A DNA stretch of 58,656 bases, from positions 1 through 58,656 of IMG/VR virus record IMGVR_UViG_3300029226_000028. One strand, written 5' to 3'. The DNA comes from a virus (Duplodnaviria; Caudoviricetes). Position numbers and translations under genes: made by a program. Below are positions 55,562 to 58,656 of the stretch, piece after piece. A model generated the notes under the pieces. It was not told the origin of the DNA, did not search any database, and was given only the letters and a program-made list of their open reading frames with translations. Each line of letters opens with the position of its first letter. Position 1 is the stretch's first letter.

Positions 55562-55993
55562 TTAGTGCACTTCATCATAACTGAAATCGGCAACGATATT
55601 GAACTGGGTCCAATCACCGCTTTGGCCTACTTCATTCAGCCGAACGTTGCGATACCAGACACCATGGCCGGGGTCCGCAGGCTTTTCATACGCTGTCATG
55701 ATCAGTTTGGCAAGCACATCCAGTTCGGTAAGTCCATCCTGATTTGCCTTGGCAAACAGTTGGGCTGTCATCACACCGACACGACGCCACCTTTTGACGC
55801 CAGCGACGTTGCCAAGGGACGCAGCACCCCCACCAACGTGGACCACTTGGACACGTGCCCATGGGTCGGACTGGTTGGGTGCGTCACCGAATGATCCTGC
55901 ATATTGGGCTTCAGGATAGCCTGTGGTTGCCCATGCCACCTGAAAGATGCTTAGGATCGCGTCACGACCTTCTGTGATGGTGTATGTGGTCAT
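55562..55993 (-). CDS. Tail terminator-like protein
   Basis: PWARV...G....QLF...W.QFN..A.F.YDE; directly upstream of the tube gene. Confidence 0.75.
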   Translation of the reverse strand: MTTYTITEGRDAILSIFQVAWATTGYPEAQYAGSFGDAPNQSDPWARVQVVHVGGGAASLGNVAGVKRWRRVGVMTAQLFAKANQDGLTELDVLAKLIMTAYEKPADPGHGVWYRNVRLNEVGQSGDWTQFNIVADFSYDEVH

Positions 55994-56379
55994 GGTTTCA
56001 TCCCTATGATGTAAAGCAGGATTGAATCACCCGGCTGAAGTTTCTTCACCCCGGAAAAGCGCCATTCGCGACCGTTCGCTTCAATCACTTGGTGATATTC
56101 GGTCAGGTCATAAACGGCACCCAGTTCAGGGGCAACGATGGCGATCTGTTCAGCATCCCGGAACAGGTCCACGTCATTGGCTTCGAAGCCCAAACCAGCA
56201 CCGTCCGGGACGAAGACAGCGTTCAGGGTCTGGACGTCGTCAACGGCTGCAGTGGTGCGCCATGGCTTCGCTGGATCGGGGGTCGTGTGCACGTCTTTCG
56301 TAAACATGACAGATCGACCATTTCGTTCAATCAGCCGGTTGGCCAATTCAATCACTGATGTCCAGTCGCGTTGTGCCAT
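55990..56379 (-). CDS. Head closure/head-tail joining protein
   Basis: A.RLI...GR...D..KPW...L.PG...LLY; position. Confidence 0.7.
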   Translation of the reverse strand: MAQRDWTSVIELANRLIERNGRSVMFTKDVHTTPDPAKPWRTTAAVDDVQTLNAVFVPDGAGLGFEANDVDLFRDAEQIAIVAPELGAVYDLTEYHQVIEANGREWRFSGVKKLQPGDSILLYIIGMKP

Positions 56380-56380
56380 G

Positions 56381-56902
56381 TCAGTTCCTGATCAGTTGGT
56401 TGGAAGTGCTGATGCCAAGGAAACGTTTGATCAGCAAATCAGCATCCGGCACCTTCTGAAAGGTTCCACCAGATGTGGCACGTGCTGTGTCATATTCGGT
56501 CTTTTCTTCAATCGGACCCACCTTGCTTTCCAGCACCTTGACCGGTCCAGTTTCCAGCTGGGTCGAATAGAAGGAATTGGTCAGCACCGCGATATATTCT
56601 GCATAAAGGACGATGGCATTCAGGAAGACCAGTGTTGCACGTTCCCCTGCATCAATCGGACAGAAGGCAGAAGGCAGGGACAATCCCTGTGTTTCTGACA
56701 CAGGTGCACCCAAGACTGACAACCGACCGGTCAGCCATTTGGCTTCGACAAAGTCAGTCGCGCTGACAATCGCAGCTTCTATTGGGACGGTCGTGATGAT
56801 TGGTGTTCGTCCACGATCTGTCAGGTATGCAATGAAATAGGCTTCATCAATATAGCCATTCGCATTGTCAATGCCTGTGCCGTCTTCAACAATCAGTGCC
56901 AT
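56381..56902 (-). CDS. Head-tail adaptor
   Basis: MALIVEDGTG..NAN.Y...Y..RG...A...ATD...KVGPI...Y. Confidence 0.8.
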   Translation of the reverse strand: MALIVEDGTGIDNANGYIDEAYFIAYLTDRGRTPIITTVPIEAAIVSATDFVEAKWLTGRLSVLGAPVSETQGLSLPSAFCPIDAGERATLVFLNAIVLYAEYIAVLTNSFYSTQLETGPVKVLESKVGPIEEKTEYDTARATSGGTFQKVPDADLLIKRFLGISTSNQLIRN

Positions 56903-56945
56903 CAGTTAGTCCTTTCGATTGGGTCGCATAGTAGCGGGTTCATTC

Positions 56946-57203
56946 TCAATTGGCAATTTCGAATTGGCTGTCTGTCTGGTGCAGCAGTTCGTCCGGGTCG
57001 TCTGTCAGCGGGATCGAATAAAATTCCTGCACGATTAAAAGCATCGCGGCAAGATCACCTTCCACCCCACGTTCATGTGACACTGTATGGGTCCAGATAA
57101 GAACGACCAAAACCTGTTCGTCTGGAACCCCATAGTCAAAAGCCACCTTGGTCGCATAGATAAGCAACGTCATGGCGTCGTCGTTTGAAAGTTCATCTGC
57201 CAT
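56946..57203 (-). CDS. Small acidic hypothetical protein
   Basis: 85 aa; AAAGGGG RBS. Confidence 0.6.
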   Translation of the reverse strand: MADELSNDDAMTLLIYATKVAFDYGVPDEQVLVVLIWTHTVSHERGVEGDLAAMLLIVQEFYSIPLTDDPDELLHQTDSQFEIAN

Positions 57204-57216
57204 GCCCGTTCCCCTT

Positions 57217-58362
57217 TCATGTCACCATAACCCGTCTTCCACCGTAGGTCACTATCAACCTTGGACGATCCACCAATGCGAAGGCTGCTGACTTCCAATT
57301 GCGGTTGGCCAACCCGCTTTGCGGTGCCTGTTGACCGGTGATGATCCCGCTGTCAATTGTATACCATGGCGCGTTGACCTGTGCCTGAACAATCGCGGAT
57401 ATGTCGGGGGTTTTGTAGGTGACGTTCGCGATGAACTGTGGCACCACCCAATCGACGGTGGCTAACAATGGAATTCCAGAATTAAGACCTAACGAACCAC
57501 GAAGCCAGTCATATGGTCCGGGATAGTTCTGCCAGCCACCTGCTGTGTCTTCGCCTTTATGATACAACCTGCCATTGTTTAAGAACGCATTGTGGTGGCG
57601 CACCGATACATAATCAGCATTGTTGGCGGTATAGTCCACTTCAATGATGAAGAAATAATCCGTCAGCGCCACCAGTGTTGGGTTGACTGCGAATGTGAAC
57701 CCAATGGTGCTGATGGTTGGTGCAAGTGCTATGGTGGAAAGCAGCACATCGTTGGACACCGCGATGTCCACACCATCAGGAATGTCCCGTCCTTTATGCT
57801 GTGTCACACCTTGAATTCGAACCCTTGCGCTTCCAGCTGGATTGCCGTTGCGAAGCATTTCATAGAAGACGAAATCGACTTCCATGTTGCCAGTGCGCGT
57901 TGTGACCTGTTGTGCCATTTGTTCGCGCCAAGTTCCAATCTGTTTCATGATCCAGCTGGCATTGGCTGCACGGGTTGCCCCACTGCCAATCGCGGTGAAC
58001 GTCGTCGATAGGACACCCATGCTTTGATTGGACCAGCGGTCTTGTCGCCAATTGTTGAACGTGGAATATGGTGCGATCAATGGTTCACCATCAAACGTGT
58101 CGCGGTCGTGGGCTGTGATCGGAATTGTGATCGACCCAGCAGCGCTGGTGTCGCGTGCTTCGACCGTCATCACGGCTGATTCAATGATTGATCCGGGTGG
58201 AATTTGCGCATCGAATATGTGGGCACTGTATGCTTGCAGACCCATGAAAAAGTTTCCTGCCCTGATGCGCGTATCAAATAGCCATTGGACATTGGCACCT
58301 TGGAAGACATGACCCCAATGACCATATAAACCGTTCAAAATTCGTGTGTCTGATGTCGGCAT
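57217..58362 (-). CDS. Putative capsid-associated adhesin/fibre (beta-sandwich domains)
   Basis: 381 aa; IPPGS.I.SA...TPDIS.IVQ..VN...RPRL.VTY framing an inserted beta-rich domain. Confidence 0.6.
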   Translation of the reverse strand: MPTSDTRILNGLYGHWGHVFQGANVQWLFDTRIRAGNFFMGLQAYSAHIFDAQIPPGSIIESAVMTVEARDTSAAGSITIPITAHDRDTFDGEPLIAPYSTFNNWRQDRWSNQSMGVLSTTFTAIGSGATRAANASWIMKQIGTWREQMAQQVTTRTGNMEVDFVFYEMLRNGNPAGSARVRIQGVTQHKGRDIPDGVDIAVSNDVLLSTIALAPTISTIGFTFAVNPTLVALTDYFFIIEVDYTANNADYVSVRHHNAFLNNGRLYHKGEDTAGGWQNYPGPYDWLRGSLGLNSGIPLLATVDWVVPQFIANVTYKTPDISAIVQAQVNAPWYTIDSGIITGQQAPQSGLANRNWKSAAFALVDRPRLIVTYGGRRVMVT

Positions 58363-58370
58363 GGTTTCAC

Positions 58371-58489
58371 CTAATCATAGTTGAAGGCTGCACTGACATG
58401 CAGTTGGGTGGGTGTTCCGACAAGTGCCGTGACCCTGACCGCAAGCCAGCTGCCAGCTGGGATGGAAGCATTGTCGAAGGAAGTGATGA
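58371..58489 (-). CDS. 3' part of the origin-spanning structural protein (starts at 343)
   Basis: In frame with 343..1 via the terminal overlap. Confidence 0.7.
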
Positions 58490-58656
58490 TCTGTCCGGTC
58501 GTCGTGTTGGAAACAACTGTCCCTGCATTGATCACGTCAGTCGCAAGGACCGACCGATCAGGACCGAACGACACGAAGACCGTCGCACTGGTCCTGATCG
58601 GTCGGTCCTTGCGACTGACGTGATCAGGACCAGTGCGACGGTCTTCGTGTCGTTCG
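58490..58656. repeat. Terminal direct repeat (right copy)
   Basis: Matches 1-167 with one mismatch. Confidence 0.95.

Noticed and set aside
1-58656. DarT (TNTC/TCTC) or CcrM (GANTC) as the cause of GAG/CTC loss
   Set aside because: TGTC, TTTC, TATC, GAATC and GATTC are all present, and CTC is missing in all flanking contexts rather than only TCTC or GACTC.
1-58656. mRNA-level cause (codon or tRNA bias, ribonuclease toxin) for GAG loss
   Set aside because: Both GAG and its complement CTC are missing from the coding strand, in all frames and in RBS regions.

Overview
This window is an apparently complete dsDNA tailed-phage genome (siphovirus-type). It is circularly permuted, with a 167-bp terminal overlap (1-167 = 58490-58656, one mismatch), so the unit length is about 58.5 kb. 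Almost all genes are on the minus strand. The head module has TerS, TerL, portal, a gp7/MuF-like protein, scaffold and major capsid protein. The neck and tail module has a tube protein, frameshifting chaperones, tape measure and GTA-like hub/tip genes. The lysis cassette has holin, spanins and an M15 endolysin. A ~25-kb early/replication block carries SNF2 and RecD-like helicases, an SSB-like protein, class II RNR, dNMP kinase, PolA, HNH, dCMP deaminase, a resolvase-like nuclease, primase-helicase, ThyX and many small ORFs. The architecture resembles YuA/M6/RDJL-like phages, and an alphaproteobacterial host is plausible (both are inference). I saw no integrase, tRNA, CRISPR array or recognisable base-modification cluster. 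The strongest unexplained signal is a near-total loss of the trinucleotide GAG/CTC on both strands, extending even to the ribosome-binding sites. Other notable items are a T5 A1-like phosphoesterase/nuclease gene inside the lysis cassette, a repeated ~80-bp promoter plus leader-hairpin cassette, GATAGAC box clusters at three promoters, a misplaced HK97-type prohead protease and a Toprim gene broken by a single TGA. All product calls come from motif recognition by eye; no searches were run.
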